DNA of 64,000 nt from Eledone cirrhosa. Its lineage: Eukaryota. Position 1 is the first letter of the stretch; each line of letters begins with the position of its first letter. Below, one piece after another: positions 37,592 to 50,230 of this stretch. Both the position numbers and the translations under genes were made by a program. The stretch covers positions 291,586,001 to 291,650,000 of the forward strand of contig OZ024743.1 in assembly GCA_964016885.1 (NCBI GenBank), read 5' to 3'. The notes beneath the pieces were generated by a model that saw only the letters and a program-made list of their open reading frames with translations, did not search any database and was not told where the DNA came from.

Positions 37592-40430
37592 GGGAAAGAT
37601 TGAAGAATAACATGGTCGGAGGTACAAAAAAGGTTTTATTTCTAGTATTAACGATTGTTTCATTATTTTATTGTTTCATTATTTCACAACAAATAGGGAA
37701 AACTACGGAATCTACATTCACTACCATTAATAAGGAAGGACTTAGCATTGTAAAACAACTGAAGATATCTGATATCCGAGCCTCTATCCACTTGTAACCC
37801 CACATTTAACCTAAAAGATCATAAAAATAATTTTGAAAGAGACCCCACAATTAGATTAATATGCCCATCGAAGTCGGATATAGGTAGAATTACCAAGTAC
37901 ATACTGGATAGAGTAACAGCACAAATCAACGACAAACTGGTAAGCTATAGGGTAACACTAATGAAGCAATAGATTGGTTTAGAAAAGTAGACAGTAGGGA
38001 AACATCCAACTTCGTACAGTTTGACATCAACGACTACTACTCCTCCATCTCCCCAGTGACCCTAAATAAATCGCAAGTCCTTGCCCAGAATAAATCAGAC
38101 CTAACCTCTGATTAAATTAGAATAGTACCAGCTACTAGGAGAACTATCATTAGATTCGAAAATAGTTACTGGGAAAGAAAAAAATTGACAGAATAACTTC
38201 GACATTAGATTGGGATCTAGAGACTCAGCAGAGGTAACAGAAATAGTTTTAATATATATAGCGCATAACTTACATAAATAGTTTAGTAACCTCCAAGGAG
38301 GAATTTATAGAGACGACACGCTCCATTTTGCTAAAAACTTAAATAATCAAAACATGGAAAGATTACGGAAAAACATCAGTCTTCTTCAATAAACTAGGCC
38401 TGGGTATCACTTTCGAACTTAACTCTAAAAAAAGCAAACTCCTTAGTGGTAACATTCAACCTAAACACAGGACTAATAGAACCCTTCCATAGAAATAACG
38501 AAAATCTAGCCTACATTAGTTATAACTCAAACCACCCTCGCTCAATAATTAACTCCATAGCACATACTATATCCCTCAGAATATCCCGCCTATATTCTAA
38601 CCTAGAGACTTTTAACGAACATACGAACTACTATAACATAGCGTTACATAAGGCAGTCCACAAGGAGGTGCTCAAATATATACCAGATAGAGACAGCAAC
38701 AACAACAACAGCTACACTACCCAAACCTATAGGAATAACAAATATAGAACTAAACATGGTAATAGACAACGAGCACCAGAAATAACTGAACTGAATACTA
38801 ATATAGGGACCGCTAAGAGCGATAGAAAATCCAGAGATAGGAAATACTTATGGTTCAATCCATTATTCAACTCCTCTATAAAAACATAAACTACCTTCTA
38901 CATTCTTTAAGCTAATTGACAAACAATTCCCTAAACTACACACATACCATAGAATCTTTAACAGAAAACCTATCAAACTATCTTACTCTATTTCAGCCAA
39001 CATAGAATCACGCATACATAAAATCAACTATAGAAGAATTTCTAAGGAAAATAACCTACCAACATACACCCTAGCACCAAATACAAAACGCAAACACATA
39101 ACAACCTCACAACCACAGACACGTCAGGGCGCATCGCAACAAAACATCAATAAGCCTAAATTTCAGCCCATCCATAACAACATACAAAACCGCAACGGAG
39201 AACCTGCGCACAAGAAGGCCTTCAAATTTAACTGCCACCGGCCGGATAAGTGCCCACTACAAAATAGTTGCCTGTAATCAAGTATAGTGTACCTGTGTAC
39301 TATCAATTCGAGCAACTTAGCATGGTACTACATATGTTCTACGGCTGGGGAATTAAAAGAAAACATGGTATGTTCACAAACATTCCATGAAAAACCTTAG
39401 ACTAGAGAACTCAACAACGCTGGCCAATAACATCTGGCAGCTTAAGGACACAAAGCACACTGTTATTAGCTGTCAACACACACACACACTGTTATTAGCT
39501 GTCAACTGACCAACTAGTAACTAAATCAACATCATAAACCTTCTTTCACTCTCTATCCCTAAAGCCACATCACCCTCATTAAGATAACACAATCAGCCTG
39601 CCAGGCATTAACCACACGTATATCAACACTACCCCTCTCAATTTTTATTTTCTATCTACCTATCTACTCCTTCCTCGTCCTTAACCCTACCCCTTATATC
39701 TCATCCTCGTATCACCACCCCCAACATCTGTCTCCTGTCCTGTATCTCTTCCCCTCTCATTTTTTATTATTATTTTTTATCTTTTATCTGTTATTTGTTA
39801 CCATTTTTTTTATCGTTACTCTAATCCTCTGAGATTTGACCACTTCATATGTATTGATTTAATATTGTTTTCATGGTAGTGTTATCTCTACCCTCATCAC
39901 GTCTTTACACATACACCTACACACCACTGTAACTTTAACCACCACCACCACCACCACCACTATTATCAACAATCGTATTCTGTACTTATTTTTTTAACTT
40001 ATTTTTTACATCTTGATCAACTTCATTCTAACTTCTTTATTATTATATTTTATTATTGATTTTATTGTTTTGATTATCCGTTGTATATCTAAATACCAAT
40101 GCCATATGTTAAACGCTCCAGTATTCCGATGATTTGATCAGAGGCAAACACTGTATTTACGGTCGAGTGACGCAACTTCGAGTGATTAGCTGCCTTTGAC
40201 TCACCTGATCAATGAAACAATTTTTAATACTAGAAATAAAACCTTTTTTGTACAGATTACTATGTTATTCTTCAATCTTTCACTATTATTACTCCAAGAA
40301 TAACCTGCATGGATTTCTCGCGGAATCGCTACATAATTATGGAAACATCTTGTTGCGTCAAGCAAAGCCGTACGTTAAAACTTTCCACAATACAGAGTAC
40401 TCAAAACTTCTAACTGGATTACCTACAACG

Positions 40431-40445
<15 letters not shown>
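37592..40445 (+). mobile_element. Penelope-like element (RT plus C-terminal GIY-YIG), decayed, with inverted partial pseudo-LTR
   Basis: LKDHKNNF..PTIRLICPSKSDIG, QFDINDYY, FDIRLGSRDSAE, GIYRDD, SNHP, WFNP, CPLQNSCL; 37592-37663 is an inverted copy of 40211-40281. Confidence 0.85.
40120..40231 (+). ncRNA. Hammerhead ribozyme motif with a 63-nt insertion in stem II (CCGAUGA variant)
   Basis: AGUAUU-CCGAUGA-U-UUGAUCAG[63 nt]CUGAUCAA-U-GAAACAAUUUUU-AAUACU; the inverted copy at ~37644-37663 gives GAAACAAUCGUU. Confidence 0.7.
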
Positions 40446-40907
<462 letters not shown>

Positions 40908-41837
40908 CTCACAGACACACACACACACACGGACATATATGTGTGTGTGTGTGTGTGTGTGTACGTGCGTGTGTGTGTGCCTGTATGTGTGTGTGCCTGT
41001 GTGTGTGTTAACGTACGTTCTGTGTAAATGACAAGGAACTTGATTAGAGTATTAGGGTAGCTTTTCAACGACTGACTACTAGACAGCCGGGAGAAAACCG
41101 TTCCGAATACTAAATTTTACCATCACATAGCTTAATCTGAAGCCTGAAATCAGGGCTATGGGTACATTTCAAAGGTTTAATGGAACATGTCCTAACTAAT
41201 CTGGAACCCACAGCCTTCGTGGTGAATTTTTTACAATCAACCTTTATACTATATAAAGGAAATATTTATTATGAACTGATTAAATTAATTATAAATGAAG
41301 ATCTTCTTTGACATGGAAATCAATTCTCATTGTATAGTGTATCCGAACAGTCTATTTCTGAATGTATATTAATGCTCACGTTTTAGAATGGTTTAAACAA
41401 ACTAGATTGTTTAATTGGAATATCTTGCAAACCAAACAGGAACGAAATCGCTTGATTATTAAAGTTTCAAAGCCCAAATCCTTGTGCTGCTAATTGGTCT
41501 TAACTGGTTCTCGCCGCATCCTACTGTCACCCTTTGGAGTGTTACCACGTTGTTTGTCAAACGGGTTAAAAAAATAACTCGTCAATTATAGGAATATGCC
41601 TTAAATATTGGAATTATAGTTTATTTCTTTTATCTATTCTTTTTTGTAATCTACTTATAGTTTTATAAAAGTATATACATGGAGAAATTTCAAGTACGTT
41701 CCAAGCACAAAAATCAATTACAGTTCGTTTGATTACCCATATAGTTTGTTTTCTCGCTTCCGTTCATTCCTACTATTTTTCTGAAGTGGAAATGATACAA
41801 TATCTATTTTGTTGCTTGCCTGGAAAGCACCAAAATT

Positions 41838-41931
<94 letters not shown>

Positions 41932-43739
41932 CATACATGAGGCTGATTGCTAAATGGTATATTGATGAATGGAAAAACATTCAGATATATATCTACAGAG
42001 AGAAACACGCACGCACATATTCTCTCTCTCTCTCTCTCTCTATTTCTCTCTTTCTCTATCTCTCTATCTCTCTCTTTCTATCTCTCTCACACGCACACAC
42101 ACAAAGATATATATATATACATCAGCGGAGAATAGATTTTTTTGTAAGGGGATTAAAGAAACCCAATCGATAATATGCACATATCGATTTGTTTATAAGT
42201 GAATAAACATTTGTTTCTACATCGCAGCTTCCTTTTGACGTCTCTTCGATTATGAATTTACTAGGGTGTATACTTTCATCATGGGACATGGCATACGTAG
42301 AAGTATATAGCTATAATCCTTTTGAAAACAGCGCAAGGAAACAACAGAGATGCAGGGAAGGTTGGCGTGGAGAAAAATATGTGTCAAAGAGTGAACAAGA
42401 AAACAAATATCCTAAATACACCGAAATCGAATGTTGTATTATTCCATGCATTCATTCCCTGATCGATCATTTATATATTTCATCTTCTTTGCTTTTATTT
42501 CGCAAGAAGCGTGTGACGATACACGAACGAGTTGCGGTTATTTACTCATATATTTCTGACAGGAGTGTAGCACATGGCAAGTTCTTTACTGATCGTATTT
42601 TTGTCAACCACTATATTATTACTATAATCCGTAATTTATCTGCACTGATTTGTGGCAGTATTTTAGCAACTGTTCATCGATCTGATAATAAAAGATAATC
42701 ACCAGAATCTATAATAAATCGAAGTCGAGCTTCTAGATTGTACCAAAAACTGTTTCCTTTTAGTTTTTCCAATGATGATGCCCTGTGAAAAGCAAATTCT
42801 GGCAGAAATGATAGTGCATGCCGATTCGAGAAAGCAGTATTTAAACTGATATTGCAAAGATCTAAACCCTTAAGCAATTTAACAACTGAGCTACTATTTA
42901 AAATATCGACAACGTAATGCTGAAAATCAAAATTGTCAGAGAACTGCCGGATCGAAAATCATTTAGCACTCGTTTCCGATTCCCTAACGATTCTGACAAT
43001 TCGCTGCCTTGATATGATATTAATAACACAGTTCTAATTTTGTCAGCGCCAGTAAGTTTTTTTTTCCATCGTTGGGGGAGGGTGGTTATCCGCGGTAGTA
43101 TAACATGCAAAGTTTACTTCAGTAGGATTTCAACGCAGAAAGCAAAGAGCCAAAGCAAATACAGCTAAACATTTGTCCGACAATGACATTTAACCATCAT
43201 CCTATAACTGAGAACATAAGATAAACGCGGGTGGCAGGGTAAAAAATATTAGATATCTTCTCAAATTTAGCAATCACACACATTTATAGGTAGGCATGAT
43301 ACCCATATTTACTAAAGATAGCAATTTTTGTGAAGCCAGGATTTAAGAAAACATATATAACTAAATTGAATTAAACTGCTAACGAAATTATCCTCACAAA
43401 TTATCGCATATGTTTTCGTGGTTTTTAGTATAATCGATAGGATTTGTTATACAAGCAGTATGAACTATGAACTGAAAGCAAATACATCATCCAAATACAC
43501 ATGACAAATGCTTAGATCATGACAAAGATAATATATTATGTCCTACACTAATATACACATATAAGGTTAAGTATTTACCTCATCTGTATATTATCATAGG
43601 CCATTAGGAAAGAAAATATTTCCCTATCAATGTCTTAATCAATTTAGAAATTTAGATAACCATATTATGGGATTAAAATCAAAACAATCTCTAATAATAT
43701 GTGACTTGATATCGATTAAATAAAACGGTATGCTTCCAA

Positions 43740-44082
43740 GAGGTTGCCGCTCTCCAAGATTTCGGGGTGTTCAGCACCATATTGGTGATGTCGTCCTCTT
43801 TAGCCAAAACGGACATTCCAAGGCTTTGCAACACCTCCAGCTTCCGCAGTAACGGCGCAAGAGTCAATACGTACAGAATTGAGGAGAGAGGGAAGACTTA
43901 ATGGAACAACCAGGGTGTGTGAAACTGTTCCCAAAGAAGGCCTTTAACTTTGACCATCTTGCAGATGTTTCTGTGCATTGTAGCGATCCAGCCTCTGAAG
44001 ACGAGACCGAAACCAGCTGCCTTGAGGACAGCCTCCAGATATCGATGTTCGACCCTATCAAAAGCTTTCGATTGATCTAATT
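43740..44082 (-). mobile_element. Tx1 RT fragment, decayed
   Basis: LDQSKAFDRVEHRYLEAVLKAAGFG matches ORF2 at ~34780-34900. Confidence 0.85.
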
Positions 44083-44202
44083 CGGATGTTCTCAAACATT
44101 TTGGGTCACCAACCCCTTCACAACCACGTAATACACTCAGCCCCCCTCACCCGTATTTCCAATGAGACCTGCCTACACGAAAATTGTAATATATGATAAA
44201 TA

Positions 44203-44275
44203 ATTGTTTCTACGTTAGGCACAATGCCAGCAATTACTCAGTGTATTATTGGTACTTTATTTTATCGACCCCGTA
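44203..44275 (-). mobile_element. SINE fragment
   Basis: ggtactttattttatcgaccccgtaa. Confidence 0.65.
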
Positions 44276-44794
44276 ATATATGATAAATAATATATGATAA
44301 ATATAATCGTTAATTCATATATAATAAATGACATAATATATACTATGTATAAATAAATATTTTTTATTTATATTTTACTATATCTATATATATCATATCT
44401 TTCACTTGATATTTAATATACTATTTTATCATATATATGCAATACTATGATAGTTTTATAATTGATAAATTCCTGGCGTTCCCCAATCCACCCTCAAAAA
44501 AAGTGACCTTTCTACATGCGCACATATATTCTTACTCAATAAAATAATGCACACATTTCCAACGCATATTGGAGAAGTCAATAGTATATCACTAAAACAG
44601 ACCACGAGATTGTCGCTCCATATCTTCGTGCAGTTCAGTTTATCTGCTTTGGGTGGACAATATTTGAATAAATATTTGGGATTTCTTTAAAATGCTTGTG
44701 GAATAATTTGAAAGACACTTCAAAGTGCCTTATATATACTTCGTTTACACACACACAAACACATATATATACACACACACTCACACACACACAG

Positions 44795-44838
<44 letters not shown>

Positions 44839-44839
44839 G

Positions 44840-44906
<67 letters not shown>

Positions 44907-45091
44907 AAATAGTAGAAAGGAAAAAGATTTTTTTCAGTTTAAAATGCTGAAGAGATTCCTTCAGTGTAGTATGAAAACATTTATTTATTTATAAATTGGA
45001 TATTTCGCATTTAATAATGGTACCGGTTTCAGCATTATATGCATTGTCAACTGCGGATATGCATAATATTGTTAAGTTCCATATTTATACA

Positions 45092-45300
45092 AATAATTGT
45101 TTCTACTTTTGGTACAAGGCCATCAATTATCCAAGTGTATTACTGGTATTTGGGGATAATTGCTTTATACAAATAATTGTTTCTACATTTAGCACAAGAC
45201 CAGCAATTATCCAGTACGTTACTGGTACTTTATTTTATCGACCCTGAAAGGATGAAAGGCAAAGTTAACCTCGGCAGTATTTGAACTCAGATCGTAAGGG
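45092..45300 (-). mobile_element. SINE with duplicated 3' part
   Basis: aataattgtttctac...ggcc/gacc...caatta repeated twice, then the core and B-box-like sequence. Confidence 0.7.
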
Positions 45301-45525
45301 GACGTAAAATAATAATGATAAAAAGGGAAGAAAAATTATTAATTTTTACATACATATTTTGAGAGGAGATTTCATATCTCTCTTCATGTTAGTCCTTCCA
45401 CAGCCTCTCCTTTCCTCCTAATTTCCCCCTTTATTCTCCTCCATCCTTGGGCCCCAGCATTCCCTTAGGCCTTAGCACACTCTGGATCTTCTCAATTCCA
45501 CCCGAAGAATCCCACTTAAGCTACG

Positions 45526-45570
<45 letters not shown>

Positions 45571-45571
<1 letters not shown>

Positions 45572-45776
45572 CGTATTATCTTCGTTTTTTTCCGTTCTTT
45601 GCCAGGGAACGTTTCCACGAACCAAAGTATAGTCTTCCTGTCTTCCTTCGGTTGCAACGTTTTTCGAAATATTCACTTCTGTGTTCACAGATTGATTTTT
45701 TTAGTTTCAGAAGATCCCGTTAAGGGTGAAAGCTGCAATTCTTTGCTTAAACTTGAATCTGTTATTTTAATAATTA
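45571..45776 (+). mobile_element. PLE-like tail between (TA)n tracts with a degenerate hammerhead
   Basis: CAGAAGA-U-CCC(GUUAA)GGG-U-GAAAGC at ~45708-45733; tail shared with 3879-3958. Confidence 0.55.
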
Positions 45777-46367
45777 ATATATATATATACTTACATACAT
45801 ACATACATGGTGGTGCCAACTCGTTTTCGAGTACGGCCGCTACCTTATATCCATGTAGGAGAAACCCTACCAATGCGCTGAACGAGTGTGACTTTTTAGT
45901 CCAGCCAGCGACTTGAAAACTCTGGCACAAACACTACACTTATGACAATTATTGACACATAGTGCTGGGCCCTTGGTACCATGTGACGACAAGTGCAGAG
46001 AGATCTCCAGATATAAAGCAATGCCTGTGCCGTGAAGCTTTTATAGTGAACAAAGGCACTGCACAAAGCCAGTCCCACTCTCTTAACCAAGATGATATTT
46101 ACCAAAAAGAAGAACAAGTCAACATCATTGCATACCATCAGGGTTGCAGGTTGTATATCAGAGTTTTCCTTCTCCTAGAATTCTGCCTTGACAAAGGCTA
46201 AGGGGTCATCTCTCCCGGTGATTTTGGATGGCCATTGACTCTTAAGAGCTCCTTTGCTCTTTGACAGGTTTTGTTTTTAGTCTTGCAGGATGTCCAAAGT
46301 CACCCTCCTCACCAAGAAACCTTGGTGGGGTTGCCAATTTAGTCGCCAACGACCCGACCATGAGACA

Positions 46368-46401
<34 letters not shown>

Positions 46402-46449
46402 CATGCATATATGCACACACACACACGTGTATGTGGAAAAGGTTAAATC

Positions 46450-46480
<31 letters not shown>

Positions 46481-46517
46481 CATACATACATACATACATA
46501 CATACATACATACATAC

Positions 46518-47178
46518 TACAACAATGTGGAAGACATTCAGGTACATAATATGAAAGAGTACTGGTGGAATGTTCCAGTAAAAACCCCAATAAAATGCAA
46601 GCATAACAGACCAGATATTATGATATGGGACAGGGAGAAGAAAAAATGCACAGTAGTGGAAATTAGCTGCCCAGCAGATGCCAATATAATATCAAAGATT
46701 AGTGAAAAGGAGAATATTTATGCAGAACTGATGAGAAATCTGCAGATACTCCACTCTGATTACACCTTCAGATTTATGCCTGTGATTCTTGGGGCACTGG
46801 GATATGTTAGTAACTGCCTCAATACAAATCTTGAGAAGGCTTCACAGGAACAGAAAGAACACAAATAGTTAGGAAATTACAAGTACAATCCATTAATGGA
46901 ACAGTAAAATTATGTAACACATTCCAAAAATGTTGCATCCAATAACTGCATATACACATGTACAGATACAAAGCATATCCACATGCACACATACAACTCA
47001 AAACATACACATCCACACATACAATAACATCCATATCTACACATGCATGCATGCAGACATACATACATATCTACCTAGTTGATGTTGTGTGAATTCCAAT
47101 GAGAGAGTCTTGTGTCTATGTTAGAAACCGACTCTCTCTCTATTGGTAAAATTTTGTGAAAGTATAAAACCAGAAGAA
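46518..47178 (+). mobile_element. 3' end of an RLE-type (R4/R2-like) non-LTR element in (CATA)n
   Basis: WWNVPVKT..KHNRPDIMIWD..VVEISCP...EKENIY...PVILGALG; flanked by (CATA)n and an ~80-bp direct repeat. Confidence 0.8.
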
Positions 47179-47864
47179 CATACATACATACATTCATACA
47201 TACATATATACATGCATATATGCACACACACACGTGTATGTGGAAAAGGTTAAATCTTATTTTGATAGAAAGTGTGACTTTTTTCATAACAGCTGGAAGT
47301 TAGAACTGACCTGTTACACCCCACCCCTATCAATGGTTAATAACGCTCGCTTTCTCTCTTTCTCTTCAAATACATTTCAATTCCTAGAGTACTGATTGAT
47401 AGTGACAGAAAAAGAGAGAAAGACACAAATTTAGGGATATATTAATCAGTCCATTCTTTCTTTCAGACACACACACACACACAAATTCCACAACATGTCT
47501 CTAAAGTAGCAAAGACTTCAGGAATCTGGCCTTCAATACATTGTTAAGTAGAAGACAGAACGCAAGAGAACTTTTCACAGTTTGCATGAGCGAAATGACA
47601 CACAGCTTCATCGTTCCTCCTAATTTCTCCTTTTTTTCTACTGCTTCCTTAGGCCCCCAGCGCTCCCTTAGGCCCCAGCACCCCCTGGACCTTCTCAATT
47701 TCCCCCGAAGAATCCCACTCAAGCTAGGTTTACCCCCACCGTGCTTCTAATTGATGTAGAGCGCTTCAAGGAGATGAGAAAACGAGTCAAACATATCTAC
47801 GTAAAGGCCGAAGTTCAGACCATCCGAACCGGGTGACATTCACCTCGTGCAGCCGAATAGACCA

Positions 47865-50230
47865 TCTCCCACGTTCGTCAAAGACAAAATTGCGGTTTTG
47901 TTACCACGCTGCGCCTCTGCTACGCTGGCCCATCGGACAGCTTTGGATCCTTCGCTTCTCAGAACACGCGCCTAGGCTATGACAATGCAAATTTCGTGCT
48001 TCACGTTGAAGAAGTGGTCTAATGCCATCCTCGCCACTAACACGTCCGTTGCATTGCCACTAAAAATGACCTCCTGTAATTTAGCTCTCCCTCCTATCTA
48101 TTTATTTTTGTGACGCTACTACTTTGCTAAAACATATCAAAATTACTCTAATTCCTATTTTCAGAGGGCCCCACCACATGTTGTTGAGGATCCCCTGTGA
48201 ATTTTTACTTCGCTAAATTGTTAACAGAGTCCCTCTATGTTTTACGTGTTGGAAACGACATGTTCAGCTTCCAGTAAATAGGTGCTATTGTACGTGTCTT
48301 ATCTAAGTCAACTATACTTATTACAAACATGCAATCTGAATAAGTGACAGTTTGAAAGCGTGGACAACCTGTACTATCATTATCTATTGACCTATTAAAA
48401 ATCCTCTCGATATACAATCTAGATGTCCATACGCGGTTTATCTAGATCCAAACTCGCGCATTTGAGGAATCTAGTCGATACTTGTCAATCAAGTGGAACT
48501 GGCTGCTCAGGTACTTGCAACTTTTGCACGCCCTCCTTTCTATCAGTTACTCCCGCATAATCCCACCGTGCTTTTAAGACGCCATTCCATTCACCCGCTA
48601 ACACTAAAGGGCGACACGTTGCCAGGAAAGCTTTCAGGTGCCTAAAGAAATCTGACCGTCCGCCCTTGGTTGGGACGGAGACGACCACCAGTCTAAAGGC
48701 CCACCTTCGCTATTGTTCATGTCCAGGAGAATCAGCATATCATCGAGGTCGAGGTAGATCGTCTTATCTCGTGCTCTGAATATTTCCAAAGCATCCCTGC
48801 GAACCCAACTCCCATTCCCGGCCGACTAAGTGATGCGGAACATGTGATAGTCGTCGAAAATGGGGGCTAGTTTGGGCATTTAGAAAATGCTTGTCTCACT
48901 GTTGTCTGTTACATCCATATCGAGTGAACTGAGGTAGATCAGCCAGCGATCCTGCTTCCAGGACGGCCCAAGCCCACGAATATTCATACACCCAACTCTT
49001 TTTACACACCCAGCGACATACGTGCCATCAACAGTTGCTAGTGCCGAATATTTACCGCTCCCTCTCTATGTCTTTTCTCCGTGTTATTAGGGCCATCATT
49101 CCTGGGCTCTTTTCATTAGCATAAAGTTGTTTGTATCGTTTTGTTCTTGTGTTGGTCGTAGGTTTTTGCATTTGGGTGATTGTTGCGGTAGTGGTGGTTG
49201 TGGTGCTGTTGTGCAAATGTTTGTTCTGTGTGTGGTGTCTGCATTTTATATTGTGGGTGTGTGTGGAGTGTGAACTTTTTTTTTCTACGGCCTCTTTAGT
49301 TTTTTTTTGTTTTTTTTCGGGGGGGGGGGTTCATCTTCACTACTGGAAGACGAGATATTTGTGTCTGGAAGTGTGTTTGTGTTTGTTTGTGTCAATGTGT
49401 GTATTTGCGGGGCAGTGTGAATTGGAGAGTGTTTCTGTGTGGTCATTGCTGGTGATAGTATTGCGACTGAGATTGCTGCCAATGGCTTTGTCGGTGCTGT
49501 CGTTGGTGGTGGTCCCCACCTCGCCATCATCAGTAACGGAGGCTTGCGGTCACTGCAATTACAATCACTGTTCAACACACATTTTCTTGACTTAAGTATT
49601 GTTGTTGTTTCTAGCTAATTTTGAAATGCTGATTTCAAGTATGGCATCCATTTTCCCCTAACATATCTGGTTTTTCATCCGAGGGAAGCACGGAATGAAT
49701 TGCCGAATTCAGATTTGGATAATGTATTTTTTATCGAGTTTTCTTGCTATAACCGGAAATCGTTGTGAGACAAAAGTAGCAATATTCTGCATGGTTCTTT
49801 GGTTCAAATTACTGGTCTCAAAGTTAGGGTCAGCAGATAAAAAAAGCAAATTTTGTTGACCATTGTGATATTTTTTATAGTTATGCTCCATCCCATAGAT
49901 AAATAATTTGATGTGATATGAAAATCATTGTCATGTTTAAACTCAGCGGCAACAAATTACTCAAGAACAGGTTTCAAATTTAGGTCAGGGGAAAAGAGCA
50001 AAATGTTGTTGACCAGTGTTATCTGTAGACTCGTCTCCTGCTGGATACTGACATGATCCGGGAATTTTCTTCTATGACCTATTTGGAAAAGTATCTTCAA
50101 ATCCAATATGTACCAGTCTTCCCTATATCTTCTTGTAGCCTCCATGCGTCCCCTTCTTAATCACGTATCCCAGGAACCTCCACAAGTAGAGTATTGGTGG
50201 AATCCAGGGAATACAGACACGAAGCATTCT
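47865..50230 (-). mobile_element. Decayed Tx1 copy (ORF1 fragments and APE domain)
   Basis: GRSDFFRHL, YWKLNMSFPTRK, SSSSEDE and VEATRR match the element at 30881; AT-rich insert at ~49590-50020. Confidence 0.85.

Noticed and set aside
40129-40217. SECIS-like AUGA-stem-AAA...UGAA pattern in the PLE 3' region
   Set aside because: Explained by the hammerhead core; the visible Cys codons near 39230-39275 are TGC, so nothing suggests selenocysteine recoding
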